From IMG/VR virus record IMGVR_UViG_3300042463_000207, positions 3,037-67,036 of that record: DNA of 64,000 bases; one strand, given 5' to 3'. This document shows positions 36,201 through 47,100 of the stretch, piece after piece; position 1 is the stretch's first letter; every line of letters begins with the position of its first letter. A program made the translations under genes and the position numbers. This DNA comes from a virus. Under the pieces are notes generated by a model. It was given only the letters and a program-made list of their open reading frames with translations, did not search any database and was not told where the DNA came from.

Positions 36201-37806
36201 TAGCCTCAGTAAATACTTTTTTACTTTCATCAAATCCATACCATCTATCACCAGGTTGACGTCCCCATGCATCTACACTTTCTACAACAACTGGAGTAGC
36301 TGAACTAGAAGAAGAATTTGATTGATTTCTCTGTACATTAGATACTGTAGCTACAGGTGTTTCCTTACCTTTTTGTTCATTAACAGTAGTAGATTTATTT
36401 TCAGGAGTATTTTTATCTACTTCCTTGAGTGATTCCTGGTTAACTGCATCTGCTGCAAGATTAGTATATGTTTTAACAGCATCAAAAGTTCTTGTATATT
36501 TTCTTGCTGCTGTATTACCTGATCCATAACCATAAACTTGTGCAGCCATTGGGTTGCTTAATTGTTGTAATGGTAATGGGTCAAAGTACATTGTGTACTG
36601 TTTTGGACCAAAGAGCCCGGACTTTCTTACATCAACTTCTCTAAGGTTTGGAATGTTACCAAATCTTTTCATAGCTCTTCTATAAAAACCTTTAGGAAGA
36701 TCATCTCCTACAATCATACCATTCTGAGCTTTTATTGTTTCATTCATTGGCTCACCAAAAATTCCGCTAGCAGTTTGAGAATATAATTGTAAGTGGTGCA
36801 TTGGATTCTCTACATCCTGTTCTGGCATAGGTACACCACCTTCCTGCATCATCTGATCATACTGTTGTTCAATCTGATTTTGCATTGCTGACATCTGTGC
36901 ATCATTCTTTATAGAATCTGTAAACAATTTTAGTCTACCCTCTCTAAAGTTTGCTCCTGTTGGATCACCTTGATTTGGATCTACATCACTTCCATTTGTT
37001 CCTCCCATTTGTTTTTTAAGGAGGCCCATAACAGAGGTTACATATTTCTTTTTTGCTTTTTTATAAGCACCACCATTTTGTAACTTAGAATAATCTAAAG
37101 TTGTATTAGCATATTCTTTTTGAGCATACGGTGACATTGATTCCTCTCCAGAGTTCCAGGCCATTCGTGAAACTAAATCATAACCAGTCATTGGTTGTAC
37201 CAGATCTTCGTAGTTATCTGCACTTGGTAAAGCAACATCATATTCTCCACCACTCTGATATCTTCTCATTGTAGAACCACCATATCTTTGTTCAGCAAGT
37301 GGATCTAAAGCCTCATCAAGAATATCTGGACCTTGATCTGAATCATCCATTACAATATCTGAACCAGTATCATCAAATAGATCATAGTCAGTTTCTTGTT
37401 CAGGATTTTCTGTAATTACGGCATCTTTTGTTAGAGGATTCTCTTTTATTCTTGGCTGACCTGTTTCCTCCTCATAAGTTTTATCATCTTCTCTTTCAAT
37501 ATCCTCTGTGAGTTTTTCAGCAATTGTAACATATAGTTCAGTAGCTGCATCAACAGGCACACCCATAATATTTACCAACTTAAATAGCGTCTCTTCTTTT
37601 GCTACTTGGTTAGTAATATCATTAACAACAAATTGAATTATCTGTCCTGATTTATCTTGTTGTTGGGTTGGTTGTGCGCCAGGGTATCCTAGCATAGATG
37701 GATCTGGAGTACCTCCCATTTGTGCCTTAGCAAGGAACTTAGAGGTCTTGTTCACATACTTTCCTTTGCCATCCGGAGCCTTATAAATTCTTACTTTTTT
37801 CTTCAT
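33214..37806 (-). CDS. Large low-complexity virion cargo protein (1530 aa) with ~13 x-x-x-GG motifs
   Basis: Long ORF in the cargo block with repeated AQMGG/YQSGG/MQEGG-like motifs and a C-terminal MTDEEIREYMANGGQIEFI module. Confidence 0.6.
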   Translation of the reverse strand: MKKKVRIYKAPDGKGKYVNKTSKFLAKAQMGGTPDPSMLGYPGAQPTQQQDKSGQIIQFVVNDITNQVAKEETLFKLVNIMGVPVDAATELYVTIAEKLTEDIEREDDKTYEEETGQPRIKENPLTKDAVITENPEQETDYDLFDDTGSDIVMDDSDQGPDILDEALDPLAEQRYGGSTMRRYQSGGEYDVALPSADNYEDLVQPMTGYDLVSRMAWNSGEESMSPYAQKEYANTTLDYSKLQNGGAYKKAKKKYVTSVMGLLKKQMGGTNGSDVDPNQGDPTGANFREGRLKLFTDSIKNDAQMSAMQNQIEQQYDQMMQEGGVPMPEQDVENPMHHLQLYSQTASGIFGEPMNETIKAQNGMIVGDDLPKGFYRRAMKRFGNIPNLREVDVRKSGLFGPKQYTMYFDPLPLQQLSNPMAAQVYGYGSGNTAARKYTRTFDAVKTYTNLAADAVNQESLKEVDKNTPENKSTTVNEQKGKETPVATVSNVQRNQSNSSSSSATPVVVESVDAWGRQPGDRWYGFDESKKVFTEASNYEPSAAATRLYSAANPEGNYYKENGRYYKQVGQDYFEIVDPARIKQLKESKVLNYQKLPGVNTTYSKDAFGNWVYYDEKAGKFKPSSDKNRLEALEAGKARSAAFGTLKDKPGYYYRIANDGSFIKFKGDPAKHTRSKQPITTIKKGDKEYNYVAKNIKVSETLLPTVAPMAGNLDDYLKKLRDAGVLQYGGTIENPFSNPLEPLQKFVGGGYDPSIPDLTEDNIQYMNSKDITDAYMQGGGFIKNFIPANLTRSAQNDVVQRIYNPVTGQTRQGGPGAGNYISAIDVRKRGITGRPKKYTIYYGSEGDPRYENLITLDGAKGKDTKTTQKSQKQQALENAGYGDRTDVSGLKGKSKRAIRQGERQRDRDLKKLYEVDPTSVEFTAIDQNAPFDYTQPKPKLSAQDYLTTSWGDVRGDLNPDLQTNLDEFLKTDPTPEQIDDKVAELLEQRARDMGPDPSFFASPEQEKINQSNLQRNPMFMGFNKGPVNTQQEDVVEGNDMVQEGDVPYPTVGFGDLMSNVGPVAGEEDQLTPEEDAAARAQFAQEYMGDSTPYDPNTALVTPGMIDYNFIQDPEAAYNARLQELNPMTDMGAWSGMSGPADILEPGVNPFELPVGGGEEYYPPFAQPVIQPVKPSVKPNQNKRQTLDEWKASERKRPNYGKTYTYKPNMTGMQKDPDYIRAMQAAGKDGVVTNQESENAIRIFKQKQAQQEKDRIASQAQRAINQIMNSSASAAEKNKAREKVVLQMQQRWDVIDRAANSRKYGGALSRFVNGGNNQPFTGENPVAYTNNPLMQGKSDLDLISLNSGIQGAQGQVNWGQLSPTNTVTQQNNDGTRSYGVDASYKGTQPTEIRIDPMQKEEYQVDKTYSEPLAIDVKNKLSQGEREARLIAGNSLLRGIAGYKNRIDDTKQMEGFYDNLTADNLYASDPSRDRGDYAESGLYRPDEQGQTWYGRSAQMGGYVDDDFEDGEEVYMTDEEIREYMANGGQIEFI

Positions 37807-37815
37807 TACACAGTG

Positions 37816-37868
37816 TATATACTAAATATAGTAAATTAAAATTTAAACTGTAAACTTATTTAGTTTAC
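37816..37868 (-). promoter_or_regulatory. Putative late promoter with TAAACT/AGTTTA inverted repeat
   Basis: ACTATATT on the minus strand (37825-37832) and the inverted repeat GTAAACT-TATTT-AGTTTAC (37850-37868). Confidence 0.4.
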
Positions 37869-40800
37869 TTATATCCTCTGCTCTTTAAGTACTTGAGAAT
37901 TCTTCTGTACTCACTATCAGTTATATCTGGTTTTCTACCTGGTGCAACCATAGCGTGCGTAATAATATCTTCAGTACTTACATTATACTTTCTAGCAAGT
38001 TGGTCAAAGTACTCTACAAAAGATTTAATCTGAGCACTTGTTAGTGGCTTAACATTTGTATCTCCTTGGAACTCAACACCAATACCAAAGTCATTCACAT
38101 TACTTCTACCATCCCATGATGATTTTCCGGCATGAAAAGTTACTTGATCTGGAGATGCATAGATAGTTCTTTGTCCATCTTCTTCAATTACAATATGTGC
38201 TGATGTTTCACTACTAGGATTCATGAAGTGATTGTATACATATTTGTTATTGTTCTTCTCATCAGTAGAACCTGTATGGTGAAGAACCACTTTCTTCACT
38301 TCATTTTTTAAAGGACTACCCTGTATAAAACTCTGACTTTTAGTAGTTCTAATATTTGGCATTCCCTCAACCATTACCTCAGGATATTTATAAGATGGAG
38401 TACTTTCTATTTCTATTTTCCTTTGACTAGCTTCAATTTGTTTTCTAAGTTTTTGAGCCTTAGCAATTCTATCTTGTTCCTGTTTATTAATAATAGTTTG
38501 AAAACTATCAACAGTCATAATAGGTGATGAGTTACTAACATCATATTTGTTTAATATAGTAGACATACTATCTACACTAACCTCAGGAACTGGTTTTGGT
38601 TTTGGCTTAAGAGTCTCTTGTGGTTTTGGACTAGTTGTAGGTCTAGGAGTTGTACTTTGAGTTTTTAGAGATGCTGAAGGTTTGTAAGACAGCCCCTCAG
38701 TATTAAGGTTAATACTTGGAGCAACAGTAACTTTTGGTTTAGAAGTAGTTCTCGGAGTATATCCTACATTTGATGTAGTGGTTTTTTTATTTACAGCTTT
38801 ACCAGCATCTGGTTTGTAATCTAGTTCTTCTACTACAAAACCACCATTAGCATATTGTTGTATTTCATCATCAGATAACTCCATTATAATACCACCATCC
38901 TGGTATTCCATATCTTGTTGCATCTCTTCTTGACCTGCAAGACCAGTAGCTCCAACACCAAGACCAACAGGTATGGCATATGGTGCAATACCCTTAATCT
39001 TATTAAGATTTTTAGAAAGGGTCTTAAATGATTTTTCAGTAGGCTTCATAATGTCAAAGATCCTAAGATCTAAGAATTTGAATTCTGGATTAGACATGTA
39101 TGCTTCATAAAGTTTTTCCAACATCTCTGGTGTAACTTTATCAAAATCATTTTTAATTAACCCAATTCTCTTTAGAGCAGGACGTAGTTCAACTGCAAAA
39201 GCAGTTGGTTCCATACTACCAAAATTATTACCTCCTTCTAAGAAATATTCTTTTGAACTATTAAAGTATCCATCTGGATCTTTATACTTTTTTATTCCTT
39301 GACTAGTAAGATTATATGGGGCTGTTTCAGATAGTACTTTATTTGGATCAATAGACTGAAATAAGTATTCCGGTGCTTCATCTAAAAGATCAATATTATC
39401 AATTAGATCTCTATCAATTGCTGAATTTGAATTGAGTGGTATGAATGAACCTTCTGTTATATGCCCAAATTCATGATACATAGTTGGTTCTAGGTTTCCA
39501 ATACTTGTATACGGGTTACCAAGATTTATTGAGTTTTCTAGTAAGTCTGCATTTGCATTACTTCTATTTAAATACTGAGTTGCATTTTTTAAACTAGCTT
39601 CAGCATTTTTTAATTGTAGTTCTAGATCTAGAACATCTTGATTAAGTACTCTTTGAGTTTTCTTATAGTCTGCTTGAGATATATTACCCGCATCGTATTC
39701 TCTTCTTAATTGGTTCCTTTCATTAACCTTATCTTTTAGACTTTTCCCTATGTTTTTAACACGCATTTCTTCACCTGAAATTTGCATGAACATGTCATCA
39801 TATTGAGTTTCTTCAATACGTTTAATATAGTCATCAACTGTAAGTTTTGTAAAACCCTCTGTATTTCTTGGATCTGTTTTAGCAAGAGAACCTGATATAG
39901 TTTGCTTTAATATCACATCATTAATACCATTAGGATTAACTATTCTTTCAAGATCTGCAGCAGTTAATTCATCCCATGACCCTAATCCAGAGTTCTTAGC
40001 AGCTCTAGTGCCCATAAGTCCTCTGTTATTTTGATAATTTTTAACTCTCTCAATTATACTATTAATTTCATTAGCATCTGAATTTTTAATTATTTCTGGA
40101 AGTTTTACTTTATACTCATCTTCTAATTGAAGATAATTGCCCTCATCATATGATCCTTTTAGATTGTTATCATCAATGAATTCTTGAATTCTACGTCTTC
40201 CTTCCGGGGTATTAAGATCTTTTAATTTTTGTTCTTGCAAGTCATTAAATGTAAGGAATGCTTCATCTTGACCCATTATGGTTTGTTTTCTAAGAGTTTC
40301 TAGATCTGACAATGCATTCTGTTGTGCAGTTCCTCTTGGAAGTCTAGGACTTGGTGTCGGTGTTTCTGGAACCGCATTTAATGATATACGGTTGCCTCCA
40401 GGTCTGATCTGTTCTAGACCAGCATATCTAACTGGTATTCTTGGTGTATCTGGAAAGTCATCCATCTTAAACTTAAGATCATCACCCATAATAAGTTTCT
40501 TAAAAGCTTCATTAGTTACTTTAGACTTATCAATCTTATCTAGAGCTTCTTTTGCACCAAATCCTGATAGTTCATCAGATACAGCTTTTAGTTCTTTAAG
40601 TTCTTGTTGTAAGTTATCATAGAGCTCTTTATTTTTTGGATTAAACCACTCATATTGTCCAGCAGGTAGTTCTAGTGGTTGTTGTCCAGTAAATCTACGT
40701 AGTGCCTCTGCTTGTTGTACAGCTGCTTCTGATGTACCAAGTGCTCTATTACCAGTAAGATAATAACTTTGGAATGGGGTAGTTGCTGTGTTACCTCTTA

Positions 40801-43800
40801 GAGCTTCAATAGCTCTTAGATCATCAAGTGTTGCTGCAGGCTTGCCAAGATTTTTAGCTATACCAAATCCAGGAGCAACAGATAAAGCTGTCATGCCAGC
40901 ATCAAATAGGGCATCTCCTGTATTTTCCCAAGATGGATTTTCAAATGCTCTACCAATACTATTTACTGTACCAGGAATCATTTTGAGTCCTTGAGCAACC
41001 ATACCTGGGCCTATAAAATATGATGCAAAGTCAATAGCTTTATTTACATTATTGTTTGCAGTAACAGGATCTTCAAGTCCGGCAGCTTCTAATCTATTCT
41101 CATAGTTAGTCATGTTCCATGGAGTAGTAACTGTACCCTTTGGTCTTAATGCATATGATGCATAGTCAAGTGGATTAGTTACTACATCCCAACCTTTATC
41201 TACATAGTCACCTAGTGTTAAATTCTTTGGAGCCTTTCCTGGATCTAATGAGACCAGGTTCTTTCTCTCTTTAGTAGTTCCATATGGATTAATAGTAGGA
41301 CCACTCATAGTAGGCTTATACACTCCAGCATCTACATAAGCTCTATTGTAGATATCCTGGTAAGCATCATCGTATTCTTCTTGAGTTAATGGTTTACCAG
41401 TTTGTTGTTGATGGTATTTAGCATAATCATCTGCAGTCTTTTGAATCTTATCTTCTACAACTTCCATTTTACTCTTACCGGTAACTTGAAAGTTCTTGTC
41501 AAATTGTTCCTGTGCAGCTTTATCTTGAACAGTAGGTTTTTTAGCTGGGGTAGGTTTTGGTGCGGCTGTATATGCACTTCTCTGAGTTGCATATAGGTCA
41601 TCATATGTAGCATCATATAATGGTTTAGCTTTCTTATCTAGTACAGCTGCTCTCTTTTTTACATCACCTTTTGATAAGGGTTGAAACTTTCCAGATCTAT
41701 TCCAGTCTACTTCCCATCTACCATTTACTTTTCTATAGACACCTCCGCTACCTTCAACTGTATAGAAATTAGTTCTTGGATCTGGTGAACCACCTTCTTG
41801 TGCAACATTAAGTTCTGGTTTATTATCTTCAGTTTTAGACATATTATTTAGCAACCAGATAATCTCTTCATCACTAAATGTATCTTGGAGTTGTCTCATT
41901 GGATCAAAACCTGATTTGTCACCTTTTTCAAACTGATAGTTCTTTAGTTTTTTATAGTACAAATCTGGTGAAACACCTTGTGTAAATGGATCATATAGGC
42001 CAGCTTCTTTTGATAACTGTCTAATAGCATTAAGTCTTGCTCTTACTTCAGTTGGTTCACCTACATAGTCTGATGAGAATTCTTTAAAATTGTCATCTAC
42101 TTGTTCTTTATATTCAGGGTATTCTTTAAACATAGGATCATACTCATCTTTATAGTTATGGTATGCCCTACTATCTGCAATAGTCTTTGCCTTGTTTTTA
42201 TTTACATAATCAACATCTCTCTGTGGAATTAATCTACTTCTCTTACCCCTAACTGGTCTATCAGAAGAATGGGATAACTCATGAGAGTGAGTACCGCGTG
42301 TACGGAATCCTTCAGGAAGAATTACAATCTGACCAGTAGCATTCATTGAGTAACCACCTGTATTTGGCTCATCTTCTGGTTGTGGTAATATTTGCAATGG
42401 TGGAGTTGAATCAAGTTGTTGTTGACGCATCTTCTTCATGTACTCATAAGACTCAGGACTTCTTGCACCTGCTTTTAACATCTTATCATACATAGGAGAA
42501 TTTTGCCAATCTTTCATAAACTGATATCCCTCATAGTATCTTCTATTTTCTCTAAGCGCATCATCTACATTAATGTCATCTTTTTCAGCTGCTCTATTTA
42601 GTCTGTAAGCATGTTCAGGTACACATCTACCTGCTTTTGGATCAAATATATATCCAGGAGGACACGGTCTAGCAACTTCATTTGTAGCATCAACATCTTC
42701 TACTATATACCCACCCATTTGATATTGTTCAATTTCTTCTGGAGAAAGTTCTAGTTCTATTGCTCCTTCAGGTCCACCTTCTATTTGTGGTAATACTACA
42801 TTAGTTGCATCAGGAACATTAGCTAATGGAATTGTTACACCATTACTTGGTTTCTCAGGTATAGGTTGTGTTAGATTATCAATAACATTTAGTGTCCACT
42901 GATTTCTTCTAGTAAGTGGATCTTTGCCGCCATATCTTGTATGTTCAGCTATCATAGTCTTAGTATCTCCTTCAACAACAGCTTTAACAAACTTTGGGAA
43001 TTCTGCTAAAGTACCAAGATTATATTGGTAGTCTACCAAGAGCATTTGTCTATCTTGTGGTAGTGAGTCAAATGTACCTTCTCCAAATTTAGCATCTACT
43101 TGTTTTTTAGCTAGTGCTTGGTTTTGTAGTACATCTTTTAATAATAGTGCTTCTGCTTGTTCATCTGATATACCTTGATAGTATGGACTATTTCTTGAAG
43201 TAAGTTTATGTCCATAAGCAATGGTATCTAAACCTCCTTCAGGACTAGGATGAGGATACCATTTACCACTTCTGTAACCCTTTTTAATATTGTTTTCTTG
43301 GTTTTTAAGATCAGCAAGATATCTCTTCATTGTTTTTGGATCAAGATCAAAAGGAGATGCTGCTGCTCCACCTATTTGATATTCTTTTCTATAAGATGGA
43401 TCTGGTGTTACTTCTTTATAATGTTCTGCAAAGTACTGTGCATCATCTGGATTATCAAACCGCATGGCTTCTGCAGACTCAGGTCCAAAATCACCAAGCA
43501 TAAGTTGACCATTAACATCTTGTATTAATGGTACGGCATAGTTATCCATAGATGCCATAAAATGAGTTCCAGTATCCCCGTCATCAAATACATATGGTTG
43601 ATCAGGAGCTACTACCATTCTTTGTGCTGCAGGATTACCATGCATGTAAGCATAAGCTAATCTTGCTTTCATCATAGCATTATTAGCATCATCAATAGCT
43701 TCCTGTGTGCTTATACCACCCTCTTGATAATATGCAGCATTGGGGTCAAATACTTTTCTTTTTCTAGACTTTGGTTTTGCAAAGAGATAGTTTTCAGTAA

Positions 43801-44173
43801 ATAATTTGTTGGTAGCTTCTAGACTCCTTGAAAATTTTTTAGATGCTAGACCTTTCTTACTTGGCTTTGGCATCTTAACTAGACTCTTAGGTGTACCACC
43901 TTTTTTCATTTGTGGATACTCATCTACATAGTCTGCTCCAGGAAATACGTAATCTTGTCCTGGATACATCATTTGTGGTTCTCCCATATTAGGGTATGCC
44001 ATAACAGGATATGGTACACCCTGCATTGTAATTTTATCAGATGGAATTCTAGTTATCTCACCTGGGTATGCCCATTGACCTCTTGGATCTTCAATAATAT
44101 TTTTAGGTGCAGCAAATCTCTTAGTCTTATTTAACTCTCTAGTAGCTTTGCTTAATACTTTTTTGTTACCCAT
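37865..44173 (-). CDS. Multidomain virion protein (2102 aa): lysozyme-like, two zincin-like and C-terminal N-acetylmuramoyl-L-alanine amidase domains
   Basis: Lysozyme-like E...Y...EGGLDTIAYGHKL...YNLG at about 42880-43320. HELSH (42269-42283) and HEFGH (39461-39475). Amidase_2-type VVLHHT..SAH..FHAG.S.W...GIGVE..THAMVAPGRKPD at about 37868-38310. Confidence 0.8.
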   Translation of the reverse strand: MGNKKVLSKATRELNKTKRFAAPKNIIEDPRGQWAYPGEITRIPSDKITMQGVPYPVMAYPNMGEPQMMYPGQDYVFPGADYVDEYPQMKKGGTPKSLVKMPKPSKKGLASKKFSRSLEATNKLFTENYLFAKPKSRKRKVFDPNAAYYQEGGISTQEAIDDANNAMMKARLAYAYMHGNPAAQRMVVAPDQPYVFDDGDTGTHFMASMDNYAVPLIQDVNGQLMLGDFGPESAEAMRFDNPDDAQYFAEHYKEVTPDPSYRKEYQIGGAAASPFDLDPKTMKRYLADLKNQENNIKKGYRSGKWYPHPSPEGGLDTIAYGHKLTSRNSPYYQGISDEQAEALLLKDVLQNQALAKKQVDAKFGEGTFDSLPQDRQMLLVDYQYNLGTLAEFPKFVKAVVEGDTKTMIAEHTRYGGKDPLTRRNQWTLNVIDNLTQPIPEKPSNGVTIPLANVPDATNVVLPQIEGGPEGAIELELSPEEIEQYQMGGYIVEDVDATNEVARPCPPGYIFDPKAGRCVPEHAYRLNRAAEKDDINVDDALRENRRYYEGYQFMKDWQNSPMYDKMLKAGARSPESYEYMKKMRQQQLDSTPPLQILPQPEDEPNTGGYSMNATGQIVILPEGFRTRGTHSHELSHSSDRPVRGKRSRLIPQRDVDYVNKNKAKTIADSRAYHNYKDEYDPMFKEYPEYKEQVDDNFKEFSSDYVGEPTEVRARLNAIRQLSKEAGLYDPFTQGVSPDLYYKKLKNYQFEKGDKSGFDPMRQLQDTFSDEEIIWLLNNMSKTEDNKPELNVAQEGGSPDPRTNFYTVEGSGGVYRKVNGRWEVDWNRSGKFQPLSKGDVKKRAAVLDKKAKPLYDATYDDLYATQRSAYTAAPKPTPAKKPTVQDKAAQEQFDKNFQVTGKSKMEVVEDKIQKTADDYAKYHQQQTGKPLTQEEYDDAYQDIYNRAYVDAGVYKPTMSGPTINPYGTTKERKNLVSLDPGKAPKNLTLGDYVDKGWDVVTNPLDYASYALRPKGTVTTPWNMTNYENRLEAAGLEDPVTANNNVNKAIDFASYFIGPGMVAQGLKMIPGTVNSIGRAFENPSWENTGDALFDAGMTALSVAPGFGIAKNLGKPAATLDDLRAIEALRGNTATTPFQSYYLTGNRALGTSEAAVQQAEALRRFTGQQPLELPAGQYEWFNPKNKELYDNLQQELKELKAVSDELSGFGAKEALDKIDKSKVTNEAFKKLIMGDDLKFKMDDFPDTPRIPVRYAGLEQIRPGGNRISLNAVPETPTPSPRLPRGTAQQNALSDLETLRKQTIMGQDEAFLTFNDLQEQKLKDLNTPEGRRRIQEFIDDNNLKGSYDEGNYLQLEDEYKVKLPEIIKNSDANEINSIIERVKNYQNNRGLMGTRAAKNSGLGSWDELTAADLERIVNPNGINDVILKQTISGSLAKTDPRNTEGFTKLTVDDYIKRIEETQYDDMFMQISGEEMRVKNIGKSLKDKVNERNQLRREYDAGNISQADYKKTQRVLNQDVLDLELQLKNAEASLKNATQYLNRSNANADLLENSINLGNPYTSIGNLEPTMYHEFGHITEGSFIPLNSNSAIDRDLIDNIDLLDEAPEYLFQSIDPNKVLSETAPYNLTSQGIKKYKDPDGYFNSSKEYFLEGGNNFGSMEPTAFAVELRPALKRIGLIKNDFDKVTPEMLEKLYEAYMSNPEFKFLDLRIFDIMKPTEKSFKTLSKNLNKIKGIAPYAIPVGLGVGATGLAGQEEMQQDMEYQDGGIIMELSDDEIQQYANGGFVVEELDYKPDAGKAVNKKTTTSNVGYTPRTTSKPKVTVAPSINLNTEGLSYKPSASLKTQSTTPRPTTSPKPQETLKPKPKPVPEVSVDSMSTILNKYDVSNSSPIMTVDSFQTIINKQEQDRIAKAQKLRKQIEASQRKIEIESTPSYKYPEVMVEGMPNIRTTKSQSFIQGSPLKNEVKKVVLHHTGSTDEKNNNKYVYNHFMNPSSETSAHIVIEEDGQRTIYASPDQVTFHAGKSSWDGRSNVNDFGIGVEFQGDTNVKPLTSAQIKSFVEYFDQLARKYNVSTEDIITHAMVAPGRKPDITDSEYRRILKYLKSRGYK

Positions 44174-47100
44174 TATCTGAGAGATATTTGATTTTTACTA
44201 TTTACAATTTTTAAGATCATGTTAGTATCTGAACTGTCTTCTCTAATTAAAGTTAAGTAATTTAAGTAATGTCTAAACTTCTTTCTTTGTAGTTCAGGTT
44301 TGTTGTAGTCTAAGTTTGTTGGATTAAGAGTTCTCTTATAACCATTTGATTCAGTAAACCAGATGTTTCTATCTGCATAATTACCTTGTAGTACTGTTGT
44401 ACCTGGAATGACTGGTCCTGTTGGTGGATAGTCTGATCCAATTGGAAACTCTGATCTATCTCTAGTAATATCCCAGAACTGGTTAAATCTATACTTGTTC
44501 TCTTCTTTACTAAATAAGATATCAAAAGAAGATAAGTTAGATTGATTTACCTTAGGATAAGTCTCACTTAGAGTTACATTGTTCTTAGGAAAGATATTAA
44601 GATTTAAGTATCCTGATACTTGTTCAGAATTGTATACTACAGCTTTATCAAAGTTATAATCTAAGACATGGAACTGATCAATACAGTTTTGTGGTCTTCT
44701 TCTATAACACTCTAATATGTATTCAATAGATTTAACAGTGGTAACTGTTTGGCCAGTAATAATTGGCATCTCTATTTCAAACGGATACTGATCACCATAG
44801 AAGTTACAGAAACTTGTACAACCTTCATTATGTTTCCAGATACCGTTCTTCTTAGTAGTTAAGAATACATCTTTGGTACCCATGTTTAGATCAGGATGCC
44901 AGTCATGGAAAGAAATCCAGAATTCATTCTTAGGGTCATAACTTATTGTCCAGGATGCATCTTCAAATAGTAACGGATTACCAAGTTGATATATACCAGG
45001 TTGTATAGTACCATTAGCATTCTGTATTTGGAAATAGTCTCCCTGACCTTTCTTAGGTCCTGATGTAATTAGAGGCACATATATAATTGTACCTGTAAAG
45101 TTTGGAGACTTCCATTTTTCTAATAGTTGGTAATCTCTTTTAGAAAAATACAAGATACTGTTTTCATTATCATATATAGACTGACAACCAATACCAGATA
45201 CAGGGTTATCCTGATATGGGTAATCTGGGAAGTCATCAGTTAACTTATAAGGTAAGAAATTATTAAACCACCATTTGAGACCAATCTGAGAGATCTCTTT
45301 TAGATTGCTTCCTAGTGAGAATATCTTAGCTTGGTTCTGTGAGATGTAATAAATACCAGCTGGAGTAGAAATTACAGATAGTCTATTCTGTGATGAACCA
45401 TATTCATAAGACTGATCTGCATTAATCACAGACTGTCCCGGTTGACTAAATAGACCACCATCTCCAATAGTAATCTTAGTACCAAGATCTGTTTGTAGAG
45501 TATCTACACCTTGATACATCAATGGACTATTGTTCTTAAATGTAATTACAATACCATTTTTATTAATAGCCTTAACACCTGAAATCTGTGACTGGAATTC
45601 TTTGTAATTATTTACTAAGAATACAAACCAACTATCTTTAATTGCCTCCTGTTGTTGTGGAAGAGAATAGATAATTCTATCAGGAAAATAAGTATAACAC
45701 AGTTTGGCAATATTTGGATTATAGTATCTGCTCTGTAAGTTACCAGCTGAGAAGTACTGACTAAATGCTTTAGTAATACTCAATGAATAATCATACCTAT
45801 ATTCATTACCTCTAGTAATAATTTGTGGGTCCATATTAAACATACTGATGAGATCCGTATATCCATATGGGTCATAATATTTTTCTGCTTCAGTAATACC
45901 TTGAATTCTAAAATCTACAAGTACTTCTGATTCTACAAAGAAATCTCTCACTGAAGAAACAGCTAGGTAGAAGTAACAATCTTTTGGTCTAAAAATACCA
46001 GGGTAGTTTCCAGCTGTATTGTCTCTATAATCAAAGCCCTTAAAGTCCATTGAATAGAACTGAGTAGGTTTCCAACCAGTTCCCGGAGGAGTACCACCAT
46101 TAAAGAACTGAGTAAGTATATTTGAAAAATCAGATACGTCATACTTAGTTGAGTTAACCCAGAACTTAGGTTCCGGTATCATCTGTCTTAGTAGATAGTT
46201 AAATTCAAAACCATCTGGTTGACCATATAACCAGTCATAGAAAAAGAACATTGAGTTCTTCTCAGTGTATCTGTTTACAAAAGTATCTCCGCCAAAGAAT
46301 ATTGGTGTAAGAGTAATTTTATTTATAGTGTATTGAATACCTGTTGAACACGTGTACTGCTCTGGCCATATATGATTTGCATAATAACTATCATCTAGTT
46401 TTTGCTCACATGGGGTTATTGCAATTTGTTTTACAGATTCAAGTTGACCATACTGGTTTCTTTTTCTAACTTTAATAGCACCATAGTGACTTGCAATTGG
46501 AAGAGAGAATGGTGTTGAAATACTTCTATCATCAAAAGATGGTCCAGAAATATTACCCCAGGCATTACCTTGACCAGAAGCATTATTCTCAAAGTATGAC
46601 ATTGTCACAAGTGACTGGTCATAGTATTTGTTAGAACTATTTAAAATAAACTTAGGACCTAGATCTACACCGTTAGGATATGCTGGTTGAAAGTATGGAC
46701 CACTAAGAGTTCTTAAAACAACTGAGTCAGATCTTTTAAGATTGTTAATAGAGTATCTATTATTTACAACAGCAGGCCACTGAGATTGATAATATGGAAC
46801 TTCTTGTATATTACCTCTAATATAAAAAGCATCATCTATTTTTAATCTAGTAACGTATGGTTGATTTGATCTCTGAATAAAACTAGGTGGTAAGAAACTA
46901 TCATACAACCCATGTGATATCATTTGGAGTGCGTACTGATCAAAAGGTAGAAATGCATAAATTACACCAAGTGTTGCATCAGCACCTTCTGAGAAGTAAT
47001 AGAAAAATTTATTTAGAGCACCAAGAACATTACTTACAGCACCAAAAAAAGATACGTTACCAGAAGATTCTAAGTATGTTGCTGCAGATAATTCTACATC

